Below are positions 22,315 through 32,509 of a DNA stretch of 64,000 bases, piece by piece. Below the pieces are notes generated by a model. It saw only the letters and a list, made by a program, of their open reading frames with translations. It was not told the DNA's origin and ran no database searches. Origin of the DNA: Muribaculaceae bacterium (lineage in GTDB: Bacteria; Bacteroidota; Bacteroidia; Bacteroidales; Muribaculaceae); the NCBI GenBank assembly GCA_017443765.1, contig JAFSYB010000004.1:2665-66664 (forward strand), given 5' to 3'. The position numbers were made by a program, and so were the translations under genes. The first letter of the stretch is position 1; every line of letters begins with the position of its first letter.

Positions 22315-23646
22315 ATGACAACGATGAACTGGGACCGTCTGATATGCGACAAGCGGCTTGGGCTGGAGCACTACCACGACACGAAGGGCGGGGTGCGGAG
22401 CGACTTTGAGCGCGACTACGACCGACTGGTATTCTCCTCACCGTTCCGGCGGTTGCAGAACAAGACGCAGGTGTTCCCCCTGCCGGGGAGCATCTTTGTG
22501 CACAACCGCCTCACGCACAGCCTGGAGGTGGCCTGCGTGGGCCGCTCGCTGGCGGGCGAGGTGCTGCTGCGGCTTCAGCCGCGCTACGCCGGTGAGCGCT
22601 GGGTCGGCAAGCTGGCCAACATGAGTGCCATTGTGTCGGCGGCGTGCCTGGCGCACGACCTGGGCAACCCGCCTTTCGGACACTCGGGCGAGAAAACCAT
22701 CGGGGCCTACTTCAGCGAGGGTCGCGGCCTGGAGCTGCGCGGCCAGTTCACCCCGGCCCAGTGGAGCGACCTGGTGCACTTCGAGGGAAACGCCAACAGT
22801 TTCCGCACCCTGGTGCACCAGTTCAACGGTCGCCGCGCCGGCGGGTTTGCCATGACCTACAGCACGCTGGCCGCGATTGTGAAGTACCCTTTCTCGTCGG
22901 CGCAGGCCGGCAAGAAAGGCAAGTTCGGCTTTTTCACCACCGAGCGCGAGGCATTTGAGCGCATCGCCGGCGAGCTGGGCTTGCTCCGGCTGGGGCCGGA
23001 GCGCTATGCGCGCCACCCGCTGGTCTACCTGGTGGAGGCCGCCGACGACATTTGCTACCAGGTGATGGACATCGAGGACGGACACAAGCTCAAAATCATC
23101 GACACCGACGAGACGCTGCGCCTGCTGCTCTCGTTCTTCGACAGCGAGCGGCAGGCACACCTGCGCCAGATGATGGATGCCGTGGCCGACCCCAACGAGC
23201 AGGTGGCCTATCTGCGCTCGTGCATTGTGGGGTTGCTGGTGCAGGAGTGCGCAGCCACGTTTGTCGAGCACGAGGCCGAAATCATGCAAGGCAGCTTCGA
23301 GGGCAGCTTGATTGACCACATCTCGCCGCAGGCCTCCGACGGCTACCGGCGTTGCAGCGAGCTGGCCTACCAGCGGCTTTACCGCGCCGGATATGTGGTG
23401 GATGTGGACTTGGCCGGCAACCGAATCATCAACCTGCTGCTCGAGAAACTCATCGATGCCGTGCTGCATCCCGAGCGCAACTACTCGCAGCTGTTGCTCA
23501 ACAAGTTTCCACAGCAGTACGATGTGCACGCCCCCACCACTTTCGAGCGCGTTCAGGCGGTGCTCGACCACATCAGCGCCATGACCGACATCTACGCCCT
23601 GAACCTCTACCGCCAGCTCGACGGCATCTCCATTCCCACCGTCTGA
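22315..23646 (+). CDS. dgt: dGTP triphosphohydrolase (HD superfamily)
   Basis: FRRLQNKTQVF, HNRLTHS, AHDLGNPPFGHSGE, EAADDICY. Confidence 0.95.
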   Translation: MTTMNWDRLICDKRLGLEHYHDTKGGVRSDFERDYDRLVFSSPFRRLQNKTQVFPLPGSIFVHNRLTHSLEVACVGRSLAGEVLLRLQPRYAGERWVGKLANMSAIVSAACLAHDLGNPPFGHSGEKTIGAYFSEGRGLELRGQFTPAQWSDLVHFEGNANSFRTLVHQFNGRRAGGFAMTYSTLAAIVKYPFSSAQAGKKGKFGFFTTEREAFERIAGELGLLRLGPERYARHPLVYLVEAADDICYQVMDIEDGHKLKIIDTDETLRLLLSFFDSERQAHLRQMMDAVADPNEQVAYLRSCIVGLLVQECAATFVEHEAEIMQGSFEGSLIDHISPQASDGYRRCSELAYQRLYRAGYVVDVDLAGNRIINLLLEKLIDAVLHPERNYSQLLLNKFPQQYDVHAPTTFERVQAVLDHISAMTDIYALNLYRQLDGISIPTV

Positions 23647-23686
23647 TGGCAAGCCAAACTGACTAAACCAAATAACAATCAACGAT

Positions 23687-24913
23687 ATGCGACAAATTAT
23701 CCAGCATCTCACCGACAACGACGCCTACACGTTCAGTTGCCTGTACTACATTCTTCAAAAGTACCCGCGCGCCGAGGTGGAATACACCTTTTTCGACCGC
23801 AACCACACGCGCTACCCCAAGGGCTTTGCCGCCCTGCTCCAGGAGCAGGTGGACTACATGCCCGGCGTGGTAATCACCGAGGAGGAGATTGCCTTTATGC
23901 GGCGCAAGATGTACTACCTGCCCGAGTGGTATTTCACGTTCCTGCGCGGCTACCGGTTCAGCCCCGAAGAGGTAAGCATCAACCAGGATGCCGAGGGCTA
24001 CCTGGGCATTACCGTGCGCGGCAAGTGGTATTCCACCATTATATGGGAGATGGTGCTGCTGCCGTGCATCAGCGAGCTTATGCACGAGCTGCTGGGCGAC
24101 ATGGAGCGCTATGATGCTGTGCGCGAGGAGCAGCGCACCCGCGACAAGGCCATTCGCGCTTTGGCCGGCGGGTTGGTCATCAGCGACTTCGGCACGCGGC
24201 GCCGTTTCAATTTCGCCCACCAGGAGATGGTTGTGCGCACCTTCAAGGAGGTGGCCCAGCAGGGCTGCTACACCGACGACGACGGCATCACAAAACCGTT
24301 CACCGGCTCATTCCCCGGCACGAGCAACGTGTATTTGGCCATGAAATACGACCTCACGCCCATCGGCACGATGAGCCATCAGCTCATCTCGTTTGAGGAG
24401 AATGTGAGCGGCTTGTGGGAATGTAACTTCAACGTGATGCGCAAGTTCAGCGACGTGTTCGACGGCGACAACGGCATCTACCTCTACGACTGCTTTGGCG
24501 ACACGGTGTTCTTCAACAACCTGAGCAAGCGCATGGCCATGATGTACCGTGGCCTGCGCGTGGACAGCGGCCGCGAGGAGGACCAGCTGGAGAAAATCAT
24601 CGCCAAGTATGAGTCGCTGGGCATCGACCCGGCCACGAAGCAGATTGTGTACAGCAACGCGCTGAACATCACCCGCGCCCTGGAGCTGCACCGCTACACG
24701 GCAGGACGCATGCAGGACAGCTACGGCATTGGCACGCACCTCACGTGCGATATCGAGGATGTGAAGCCGATGAACATCGTCATCAAGCTCACACGCATGC
24801 GCATCACCGAGTTGCGCGAGTGGCACGACTGCGTGAAGCTCTCGTGCGACAAGGGCAAGACCCTGGGCAACCCCGACAAGTGCGCCTACCTGCTCCGCCA
24901 GATTGGCGAGTGA
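23687..24913 (+). CDS. pncB: Nicotinate phosphoribosyltransferase
   Basis: DFGTRRR, GTSN, GTMSH, RVDSG, GIGTHLT, VKLS motifs. Confidence 0.88.
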   Translation: MRQIIQHLTDNDAYTFSCLYYILQKYPRAEVEYTFFDRNHTRYPKGFAALLQEQVDYMPGVVITEEEIAFMRRKMYYLPEWYFTFLRGYRFSPEEVSINQDAEGYLGITVRGKWYSTIIWEMVLLPCISELMHELLGDMERYDAVREEQRTRDKAIRALAGGLVISDFGTRRRFNFAHQEMVVRTFKEVAQQGCYTDDDGITKPFTGSFPGTSNVYLAMKYDLTPIGTMSHQLISFEENVSGLWECNFNVMRKFSDVFDGDNGIYLYDCFGDTVFFNNLSKRMAMMYRGLRVDSGREEDQLEKIIAKYESLGIDPATKQIVYSNALNITRALELHRYTAGRMQDSYGIGTHLTCDIEDVKPMNIVIKLTRMRITELREWHDCVKLSCDKGKTLGNPDKCAYLLRQIGE

Positions 24914-24944
24914 GCCACGGCGAGGCGCCCCGGGCGGCAACAAA

Positions 24945-24976
24945 CGAAGCCCCGGACTGCACAGTCCGGGGCTTCG
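24945..24976. terminator. Hairpin between convergent pncB and LRR gene
   Basis: CGAAGCCCCGGACT-GCAC-AGTCCGGGGCTTCG, 14-bp perfect stem with T-run nearby. Confidence 0.8.
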
Positions 24977-25094
24977 CATGATTTTTTGTAGCTTCTTGGG
25001 AAATCGTTGGGATTCAAAATCCTCGGGAAAACCAGGCTTCCTCGACATTCCAGATACTCTGGAAAAAACCTGAAAGCCTGCCTTCTGCTTCCTG

Positions 25095-26456
25095 TTACTG
25101 CTCCTTGTGCAGCATGATGTTGATGATGGTGTTCAGGTCGTCCACGTCCACACTGCCGTCATGGTTCAGGTCGGCAGCGGCGGTCTCATCTGCCTTGTGC
25201 AGCATCATGTTGATGATCAAGTTCAGGTCGTCGACGTCAACGGTGTTGTCGCCGGTGAGGTCGCCCCGGGTGTTGGGTTCGGGAGGCGTGTCGCCCTCCT
25301 CGAGCAGGCGGCCGTCAACGAGGAAATAATAGAGCGTGTTCGGGGATTCTACCCACTCGTCAGGCTCCTGCGCCCACATGTCGATGTAGTTTTGTTTCTC
25401 GCCCCGCGGCACATAGATTACGGCGGGAATCACGCGGTGCTCGTCGAAGCCGCCCTCGTCGCTGATGTAGTTAAACACCATTGGGCCGAACGTCATTTGG
25501 TCGGCCGGCAGGCGGAAGTGCACTTCTTTCAGTCCCTCGCAGTTCACAAAGGTGGCGTAATCCACTTGGCGCACGTTCTTCAGGTCGATGCTCTCCAGGT
25601 TGTAGCAGCCCAGGAAGGCACCCATTTGAATCAAAGTGATGTTGTCGCTCAGGGTGATGCCCGTCAGGCGCGGGTTCTCGCCGGCGTGGCCGCCGCTCAT
25701 GTCGCGGAAGGCGTTGTGGCCAATCGCCCGCACCGGCTCGCCCTCGATTTCGTCGAGCACAGTCACATGACCCTCAGCGAGCTTGCCGTTGAACACGCAC
25801 CATACAGTGTCCTCTTTTTGTTGTTCGTTGTTCCAGATTTCCTGCTGGTTGTAAATCAATCCACCCTCGTCGTAGTAGACCTCTTCCCAAGCCCTCGGGT
25901 CGTTGAAATGGTACCACAGTGGCTGCGTCTCGTCCGAAGCGTACATGTGTACATATTTGTCCTTTTTCCCATGGGGGATATAGATGTGTCCGGCAGGACC
26001 CCAAGTGTTGTTGTAGCTGATGTAGAACGCAAATGCGCCGCTGCCGATTTGGTAGTTGGGTTCGGCCAAATACATACTCAAAGCCGTGTTGCAAAAAGCG
26101 CTGTCGCCAATCACCTGCACATGGCGCAGGTCAATCTCGTTGTAGAGGTTATTGCAGCCGTAGAAGGCACGTGCGCCAATAGTCTTCACCGTTTTGGGAA
26201 AGCTCAAGCCGGCAATGTCCAGCCCTTCGCAGGCACTGGGGCCGATGGCCGTCACCGGCAGGCCGCCCAACGTGGCGGGTACGTTGCAGGTGGGCAAGGC
26301 GTACTCGTCCTCGCTTGGCCCCGGGGTGAATTTCACAACGGTTGCCGAGGAGCCGTCGGTGGTGTACTGCCACTCACCCTCGGTGAGCACCGTCTGTGCC
26401 GTGGCGGTGAACGCCACAGCAGCGCCAAAAGCCGCCATGAGGAATGATTTTCTCAT
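25095..26456 (-). CDS. Secreted BspA-type LRR protein with C-terminal dockerin-like domain
   Basis: Signal peptide; IGxxAFxxC repeats; C-terminal duplicated GDLTGDNTVDVDDLN / ADLNHDGSVDVDDLN. Confidence 0.85.
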   Translation of the reverse strand: MRKSFLMAAFGAAVAFTATAQTVLTEGEWQYTTDGSSATVVKFTPGPSEDEYALPTCNVPATLGGLPVTAIGPSACEGLDIAGLSFPKTVKTIGARAFYGCNNLYNEIDLRHVQVIGDSAFCNTALSMYLAEPNYQIGSGAFAFYISYNNTWGPAGHIYIPHGKKDKYVHMYASDETQPLWYHFNDPRAWEEVYYDEGGLIYNQQEIWNNEQQKEDTVWCVFNGKLAEGHVTVLDEIEGEPVRAIGHNAFRDMSGGHAGENPRLTGITLSDNITLIQMGAFLGCYNLESIDLKNVRQVDYATFVNCEGLKEVHFRLPADQMTFGPMVFNYISDEGGFDEHRVIPAVIYVPRGEKQNYIDMWAQEPDEWVESPNTLYYFLVDGRLLEEGDTPPEPNTRGDLTGDNTVDVDDLNLIINMMLHKADETAAADLNHDGSVDVDDLNTIINIMLHKEQ

Positions 26457-26503
26457 AATGATTTCGTTTTTTGATTAGTTAATGATTTCGTTTTTTGATT
26501 AGT
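26456..26503. repeat. Perfect 24-bp tandem duplication at start of LRR gene
   Basis: TAATGATTTCGTTTTTTGATTAGT x2. Confidence 0.95.
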
Positions 26504-26613
26504 GTGAATCTCCATAGGGGCTAAAGCCTCCAAGGGTTGATACCAGACCCACGCGTTCAGTTAGAACTCCTTGCAGGCCTTAGCCTTCGTGATTTTGCGT
26601 CGGGTTTCCGGGG

Positions 26614-28140
26614 TTACTCGCGGCGCAGCATGATGTTGATGATGGTGTTCAGGTCGTCCACGTCCACACTGCCGTCATGGTTCAGGTCGGCAGCGGCGGT
26701 CTCGTTGGCCTTGTGGAGCATCATGTTGATAACCAGGTTCAGGTCGTCGACGTCCACGGTGTTGTCGCCGGTGAGGTCGCCCCGGGTGCCGGGCTGCGGC
26801 GTGTCGCCCTCCTCGAGCAGGCGGCCGGCTTTGTAGAAGTAGTAGAGCGGCCCGGCCGGCTCAAACTCGCTCTCGGCCTCGTAGGCATAATAGTCGATGT
26901 AGTTTTGCAGCTCGCCCTGCGGCACATAGACCACGGCAGGAATCACATGCGTCATGTCGGGGGCAGAGGGCTGTGGGACGGGCATGTATTGGCTCATCAA
27001 ATACATCCAGTAGGCCCCCAAATCGATATTGGCAAAGCACAACTGGTTCAGGTAGCAATCCGAGGCCGACTTACGCAAGTGAATCTCCTCGATATTGTTG
27101 CAGTTGGCAAAGGCAAACTGGCCGACTTCAAAGGTGTTCTTCAGGTCGAGCTTCTTGAGTCCCGTGCAGCCGTAGAACGCTTGGTCGAAGATGATGCTGA
27201 TGTTCTCGCCCAGATTGATGCCGGTCAGGTTCGTGTTGCTGATGTTGTCGATACCCAGCAGCGCGGCAGTTCCCGCGTTGATTTTCAAAAATGCGTCATT
27301 CACAATCTCGTTCACCGGTGCGTTATAAATCTCGTCGGGAATGGTCACCTCGCCGGTGGCCCAGTAGCCGTTAACCAGGCTCCACTGGCCGGGCTGGCCT
27401 TCCCAGATGCCGTCGGCCTTATAGACCACGTTGCCGGCGGCATACTCCACGCCGTAGATGCTCTCCTCCTGAGCATGATAGTAGAATGGTGCGTCCTCGT
27501 TGGCAGCGAGGTTCATTTTGTAGGCATCAAGCATGAAGAAAGGCACCATGATGGAGCCGATAGGGCTCACCTCGTCAGTTTCGTCGGGGTCTTCAGGCTC
27601 AAAGGGGTCATCGCCGCCCCAAAACGCACTGAACAGGGCCATCACGGCCTCCTTGTCCAGGCCGTTGGGGTTGTTGGTGGTCAGGAAAGCGCCCTTGCCA
27701 ATGCGAATGGCACCAGGCTGAGCCTGGAAGTAGAACTCGGGATCGCTCGTGTTGCAGAACGCGCTGTCGCCAATCTCCATCACCTGGCGCAGGTCGAGGC
27801 GTCCGCCGAGCGGGATGCAATTGTAGAAAGCACGCGCACCAATCTTGTAAATAGACGTGGGCATGTCCAGGGCCATCAGGCCAATCACGTTCTCAAACGC
27901 GCCATCGCCGATGGCCACCACCGGCTTGCCGCCCAGCGTGGCCGGTATGGTGTCGGCAAACATTTTAGGCCACGCGCCAACCGGGTGGGCCTGCGCCCAG
28001 GCCAGCAGGTCAACGGGTGGGGTGTACTTGGTCACGGTGGCCGAGTAGCCGTCGGTGGTGTAGGTCCACCGTCCCTCGGTGGCGGCATTGGCCGCTACCG
28101 TCATCGCGGCAACAGCCGCCAGCAGGTAAAGTTTCTTCAT
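26614..28140 (-). CDS. Secreted BspA-type LRR protein with C-terminal dockerin-like domain (paralog)
   Basis: Same architecture as 25095-26456; last ~200 nt nearly identical to it. Confidence 0.85.
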   Translation of the reverse strand: MKKLYLLAAVAAMTVAANAATEGRWTYTTDGYSATVTKYTPPVDLLAWAQAHPVGAWPKMFADTIPATLGGKPVVAIGDGAFENVIGLMALDMPTSIYKIGARAFYNCIPLGGRLDLRQVMEIGDSAFCNTSDPEFYFQAQPGAIRIGKGAFLTTNNPNGLDKEAVMALFSAFWGGDDPFEPEDPDETDEVSPIGSIMVPFFMLDAYKMNLAANEDAPFYYHAQEESIYGVEYAAGNVVYKADGIWEGQPGQWSLVNGYWATGEVTIPDEIYNAPVNEIVNDAFLKINAGTAALLGIDNISNTNLTGINLGENISIIFDQAFYGCTGLKKLDLKNTFEVGQFAFANCNNIEEIHLRKSASDCYLNQLCFANIDLGAYWMYLMSQYMPVPQPSAPDMTHVIPAVVYVPQGELQNYIDYYAYEAESEFEPAGPLYYFYKAGRLLEEGDTPQPGTRGDLTGDNTVDVDDLNLVINMMLHKANETAAADLNHDGSVDVDDLNTIINIMLRRE

Positions 28141-28364
28141 AATTTTATGAGTTTGGTTAATGTAATTGTTTCGGTTTTGCTTTGGAAATCACGACCGCCG
28201 ATTCCCCGCACGCTCTTATAAAGGTGCAAAGATACACGCTTGCGATGAGATAAGCACTATCAAATTTGCAATTTCGATTCTCAAATCCGCACAAACCGCG
28301 AAAAAGGTGGCACTTTTGCGGATATGAGAATGTTTTTGCCGATTTGATAGTGCAAAAACCAACG

Positions 28365-30050
28365 CTACCGACGATACTTGAAGCTGGAGCCGCCCAGAAA
28401 CTCGCGCATGATGCTCGTGGGCGGGATTTCCTTGTCGTCAACGGGGATAAAGTAGTGAATGAATTTGAGCAGGCGGTGCGCCTCGCTGTATTCGGGGCAA
28501 TTCTTTTGCACCGAGGCCAAGATGACCTCGGCGTGTGTGCGCAGCACGGCAAACTCGATGTTCAAGGCCGAATTGAACATCACATCGGCGGTTTCCTGGA
28601 AAGGGAGAATCCATTTCTCCTCGGCCTCGCACACGCTGCGCCACTGGCTGATGGTTTCCCGGGCCGTGAACGCGCCCTTGTTGTAGTCGCGAATGATGCG
28701 TCGCAGCAGTCGGTTGTCGCTTGTGGGCACCCAGTTGTGGTCGTCGAGCGAGATGTTGGTCAGTGCCGAGATGTAGACTTTGAATTTCAGGCTGTCGGGC
28801 AGCCGCTGGGTGAGCAATGGGTTCAGGGCGTGTATGCCCTCGATGATGAGCACAGTGTCGCGCCCCAGCTTGAGCTTCTTGCCATTGTACTCCCGCTTGC
28901 CCGTGGTGAAGTTGTACTCTGGCACCTCGACCCGCTCGCCGGCCATTAGTTTCATCAGGTGCTCCTCAAGCAGCTCGCAGTCCACGGCGCGGATATTGTC
29001 GAAATCATATTGCCCGTTGGGCAACAGCGGCGTGTCGACACGGTTCACAAAGTAGTCATCGGTGGAGAACGACACCGGGCGCAGTCCACAGGCAAGCAGC
29101 TGGATTGACAGTCGCTTGCAGAACGTGGTCTTTCCCGAGCTCGACGGCCCGGTGATGAGTACCAGGCGCACGGGGTCGTGCTCGGCACGGAACCGGCGGT
29201 CAATTTCCTCGGCAATCTGCACGATGCGCTTTTCTTGCAGAGCCTCGCTCACCTGAATCAGCTCCGAAGCATGCCCTTTGAGAATGGCCTTGTTCACGTC
29301 GCCGGCGGTTGACTGCCGCATAATCACGTCCCAGCGCACTTTCTCGGCAAACATCTCGAACGTGCGCGGCATGGGCATCTTGGGGGCAAGCTTCGTGGGG
29401 TCGTGCACATCGGGCACGCGCAACAGCAAGCCGTCTTGATATCGCTCCACGTCCCACACGCGAAGGTAGCCCGCCGACGGCACCAGCGGGCCGTAGTAGT
29501 AGTCCACCGTGTCGCCCAGCGTGTAGTAGTCGCTGTAAATCTGTCCGCTGGTCTCGAGCAGGCGCACCTTGTCCGAGAACCCGCGCTCGGCAAACACCCT
29601 CACGGCCTCCTCGGTGGTGGCCTCGTGGCGCCGGAATGGCATGTCCAGGTCCACAATCTCCTGCATACGCTCGCGGATGCGGTCCACATCGGCGTCGGTG
29701 AGCGGCTCGGGCGTGCGCTTCCTGAAGTTGCAGTAATAACCCAGCGACAGCGGGTGCTCGATAAAGAGCTTGCTGCCGGGAAACAGGTCGCTCGTGGCCT
29801 TGTACAGCACAAAGCAGAGCGAGCGCACGTACACGCGATGCCCCGAGCCCCAACGGGCATCGAGGAACTCCACGTCGCGGTTCTGGAACAGGCGGAACTT
29901 GAGCCCCTGCGAGGCATTGTTCACCTTGGCCGATACCACCGGATAGGGCATTTGCAGCTCATCGGCAAATTCTTGGTACACGTCAATCAGCGAGGTTCCC
30001 TCAGGGAAGCTCTTGGTGATGTTGTTGTTCTTGCAACGAATCTGAAGCAT
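28365..30050 (-). CDS. Nucleoside/uridine kinase family protein with ThrRS-like N-terminus
   Basis: Start MLQIRCKN at 30050; Walker A GPSSSGKTT; STDDYF; EGIHALN; RLLRRIIRD. Confidence 0.9.
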   Translation of the reverse strand: MLQIRCKNNNITKSFPEGTSLIDVYQEFADELQMPYPVVSAKVNNASQGLKFRLFQNRDVEFLDARWGSGHRVYVRSLCFVLYKATSDLFPGSKLFIEHPLSLGYYCNFRKRTPEPLTDADVDRIRERMQEIVDLDMPFRRHEATTEEAVRVFAERGFSDKVRLLETSGQIYSDYYTLGDTVDYYYGPLVPSAGYLRVWDVERYQDGLLLRVPDVHDPTKLAPKMPMPRTFEMFAEKVRWDVIMRQSTAGDVNKAILKGHASELIQVSEALQEKRIVQIAEEIDRRFRAEHDPVRLVLITGPSSSGKTTFCKRLSIQLLACGLRPVSFSTDDYFVNRVDTPLLPNGQYDFDNIRAVDCELLEEHLMKLMAGERVEVPEYNFTTGKREYNGKKLKLGRDTVLIIEGIHALNPLLTQRLPDSLKFKVYISALTNISLDDHNWVPTSDNRLLRRIIRDYNKGAFTARETISQWRSVCEAEEKWILPFQETADVMFNSALNIEFAVLRTHAEVILASVQKNCPEYSEAHRLLKFIHYFIPVDDKEIPPTSIMREFLGGSSFKYRR

Positions 30051-30207
30051 GGTTGTTAGGATTGGGTGAAAGGCATTACCTTGCAAAATTACAACAAATA
30101 ATCGACACACCACCAATTTCGGCGGATTTTTTTGGTTCCGAACCGAAACCAGGTTTTGCCGGTCACGCGATAATGTTGTAACTTTGCACGCGTAATTCAC
30201 CATCATT

Positions 30208-30768
30208 ATGAAACGAATCAGTTTATTCCCAATGAAAACACTGGCCACGGTGGCCCTGGTGGCCGCGCTTGCCCTCACGGCGTGCGGCGACAAAGCCAAT
30301 GAGGGCACCACAACCACAAGCGAAACAAGCATTAACAACACGATTAGCAACGAAACTATGGAAGCCAACATGACAGAGGTACAAGCCTACCTGAAAGAAT
30401 GTGGCGCGTTTTTCATCGCCACCTGCGATGGCGACCAGCCTCGCGTGCGCCCCTTCGGCGTGTCGGAAATCATCAATGGCCGGCTGTATATCATGACCGG
30501 AAAGGTAAAGGACGTGTACAAGCAGATGAGCCGGAACGGCAAGTTTGAGATTTGCGCCCTGAAGCCATCGGGCAGCGAGTGGATGCGCCTGAGCGGCACC
30601 CTGGTGGCCGACGAGACGCTGGCCGTGAAAGAGGAGTTCCTGAACCGCAACGAGGGACTGAAGAAGATGTACAAAGCCGATGACGATAACATGGCCGTGC
30701 TCTACATCACCCATGCCACCGCCCGGTTCTGCTCGTTCACACAGCCCGAGCGCACTGTGACTTTTTGA
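30208..30768 (+). CDS. Pyridoxamine 5'-phosphate oxidase-like flavin-binding protein with lipoprotein signal
   Basis: FIATCDGDQPRVRPFG, TGKVKDVYKQM; N-terminal lipobox LALTAC. Confidence 0.8.
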   Translation: MKRISLFPMKTLATVALVAALALTACGDKANEGTTTTSETSINNTISNETMEANMTEVQAYLKECGAFFIATCDGDQPRVRPFGVSEIINGRLYIMTGKVKDVYKQMSRNGKFEICALKPSGSEWMRLSGTLVADETLAVKEEFLNRNEGLKKMYKADDDNMAVLYITHATARFCSFTQPERTVTF

Positions 30769-31000
30769 ACACCAAAACAGCAACAGCACTGGCTCTGCAA
30801 CGAAGCGTGCGGGGAGCTGGTTCGACTAAAAGGACATCATGTCCGACAGATTGGGTTCAAGATGGCGAGTACATCTTATCCCGCCACCAATGAATCGACG
30901 GACGCATAACTGTGCCAATCATTGATTTTTGAACCTTTTGTTCCTTTTAGTCTAAAAAAAGCCCACAGCCAACGTCGCAGCGCCACAACCATCAAGAACT

Positions 31001-31543
31001 ATGATTGACGAGATTCTCAACTTTAACCAAACGTTTGTGTCGTCGAAGGGCTACAAGCAGTATGTCACCGACAAGTATCCCAACAAGCGTCTGGCCGTGC
31101 TGTCGTGCATGGACACGCGCCTGACCGAGTTGCTGCCAGCCGCACTGGGTTTGCGCAATGGCGACGCCAAAATCATCAAGAACGCCGGCGGCCTCGTGAT
31201 TTCACCCTTCGACTCGGCTATGCGCAGCTTGGTCGTGGCCGTGTATGAGCTGGGCGTGGAGGAAATCATGGTGGTGGCACACTCGCACTGCGGAGCCTGT
31301 CACATGAGCTTCGGCCACCTCCACGAGGCCATGGCCGCACGTGGCATCACCGACGACACGCTCTCCACCATCGCCAAGTGTGGCATCGACCTCGAAAGCT
31401 GGCTGGAGGGATTCCGCGACACACCCACCTCGGTGCGCAAAACCGTGGAAACCATCAGCACGCACCCGCTCATGCCTGCCGACATCGTGGTGCGTGGATT
31501 CATCATTGACTCCGAAACCGGCCTGCTGCAAGAAATCGAGTAG
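31001..31543 (+). CDS. Beta-class carbonic anhydrase
   Basis: SCMDTR, KNAGG, HSHCG zinc ligands. Confidence 0.93.
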   Translation: MIDEILNFNQTFVSSKGYKQYVTDKYPNKRLAVLSCMDTRLTELLPAALGLRNGDAKIIKNAGGLVISPFDSAMRSLVVAVYELGVEEIMVVAHSHCGACHMSFGHLHEAMAARGITDDTLSTIAKCGIDLESWLEGFRDTPTSVRKTVETISTHPLMPADIVVRGFIIDSETGLLQEIE

Positions 31544-31642
31544 ATTGCCGCTCAACCGATTACTAAGCAAGCACAAGAACAGCCGCCTAAACCAATCTCT
31601 GGCAAGACCATGCAACCACGAATGTAAAACAACGCCATTCGG

Positions 31643-32506
31643 CTACTTCATTCTGAACACACGGATTCCCGTCACGGTGCTGCGTGCCCCGCTCAGGTAG
31701 GCCTTGAGTGGCTGTGATTCGAGCATCACGTGGCCGCCGCTCAGCGAGGCGTCGAGCAGGTGCGGCTCGCCGGCAGCGTCCTTGACGATAATGCCCAGGT
31801 GCGAGATGTCGAGGCCGTCGATAGTGGTCACCAGCCCCACAAAGTCGCCTGTGCGCAGGGCGGCCTTCACGTCGACGCGTCCCAGCCAGCTCTTTTTGAG
31901 CAGCGGAGTGCGCAGGCTGCGCAGCTTCTCCTCCACGGCACGGATGCGCTCCACCATCGCCGGGTCGTTGCGCAGGCTCTGGTAGCTGCCGGCGTGCTGC
32001 GTCATGAAGTTGATGGTCTTCACCTGGTATTGCATGTGCGGGAGGTCGATGGTGGCCTCCACCAGGTTGCCGCGGCTGTTGTTGTCGATAATCCACTCGC
32101 TGATGTAATGCAGTCGGCTGGCGTAGTCGCCCATTGTGCCACCCCGGTAGCGCACGCTCTCGAGGCTCGCGGCATAGTCGCGCCACGAGCGGCGGCCGTC
32201 GAGCGTGGCGCGGGTCAGTGCGTAGAGCGTCTCGACAAAGGTGGTGCAGTCCAGCTCATGGATGTTGATGGTGAGGAGCTCGCGCTCGCCCTCCAGGGTG
32301 TGACCCAAATAGGGCGTGCCCAGTAACTGCTGGGCGTAAAAGGCCACCAGGGCGTTGGCGTCGTGCAGGCCGCTCGCCGCGCCCAGGGCCAGCAGCTCGT
32401 TGATGCGCACCGTGTCCTGCCCGCAATGGAAGCGCATCTGCTCCTTGGTGGCGCCTCGCGAACACAAGGCCAGCAGGATGGTTAGAATGACGATGAATTG
32501 TCGCAT
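31643..32506 (-). CDS. DUF1460 / N-acetylmuramoyl-L-alanine amidase-like protein
   Basis: LGTPY..TLE, LDCTTFVE, RLHYISEW, LDISHLG, LLDAS; signal peptide. Confidence 0.85.
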   Translation of the reverse strand: MRQFIVILTILLALCSRGATKEQMRFHCGQDTVRINELLALGAASGLHDANALVAFYAQQLLGTPYLGHTLEGERELLTINIHELDCTTFVETLYALTRATLDGRRSWRDYAASLESVRYRGGTMGDYASRLHYISEWIIDNNSRGNLVEATIDLPHMQYQVKTINFMTQHAGSYQSLRNDPAMVERIRAVEEKLRSLRTPLLKKSWLGRVDVKAALRTGDFVGLVTTIDGLDISHLGIIVKDAAGEPHLLDASLSGGHVMLESQPLKAYLSGARSTVTGIRVFRMK

Positions 32507-32509
32507 GGC

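Noticed and set aside
22315-23646. dGTPase as an anti-phage system
   Set aside because: Host-like composition, outside the island, and resembles the ordinary chromosomal enzyme.
28365-30050. ThrRS-like N-terminus fused to uridine kinase
   Set aside because: A known, widespread domain architecture in anaerobes.
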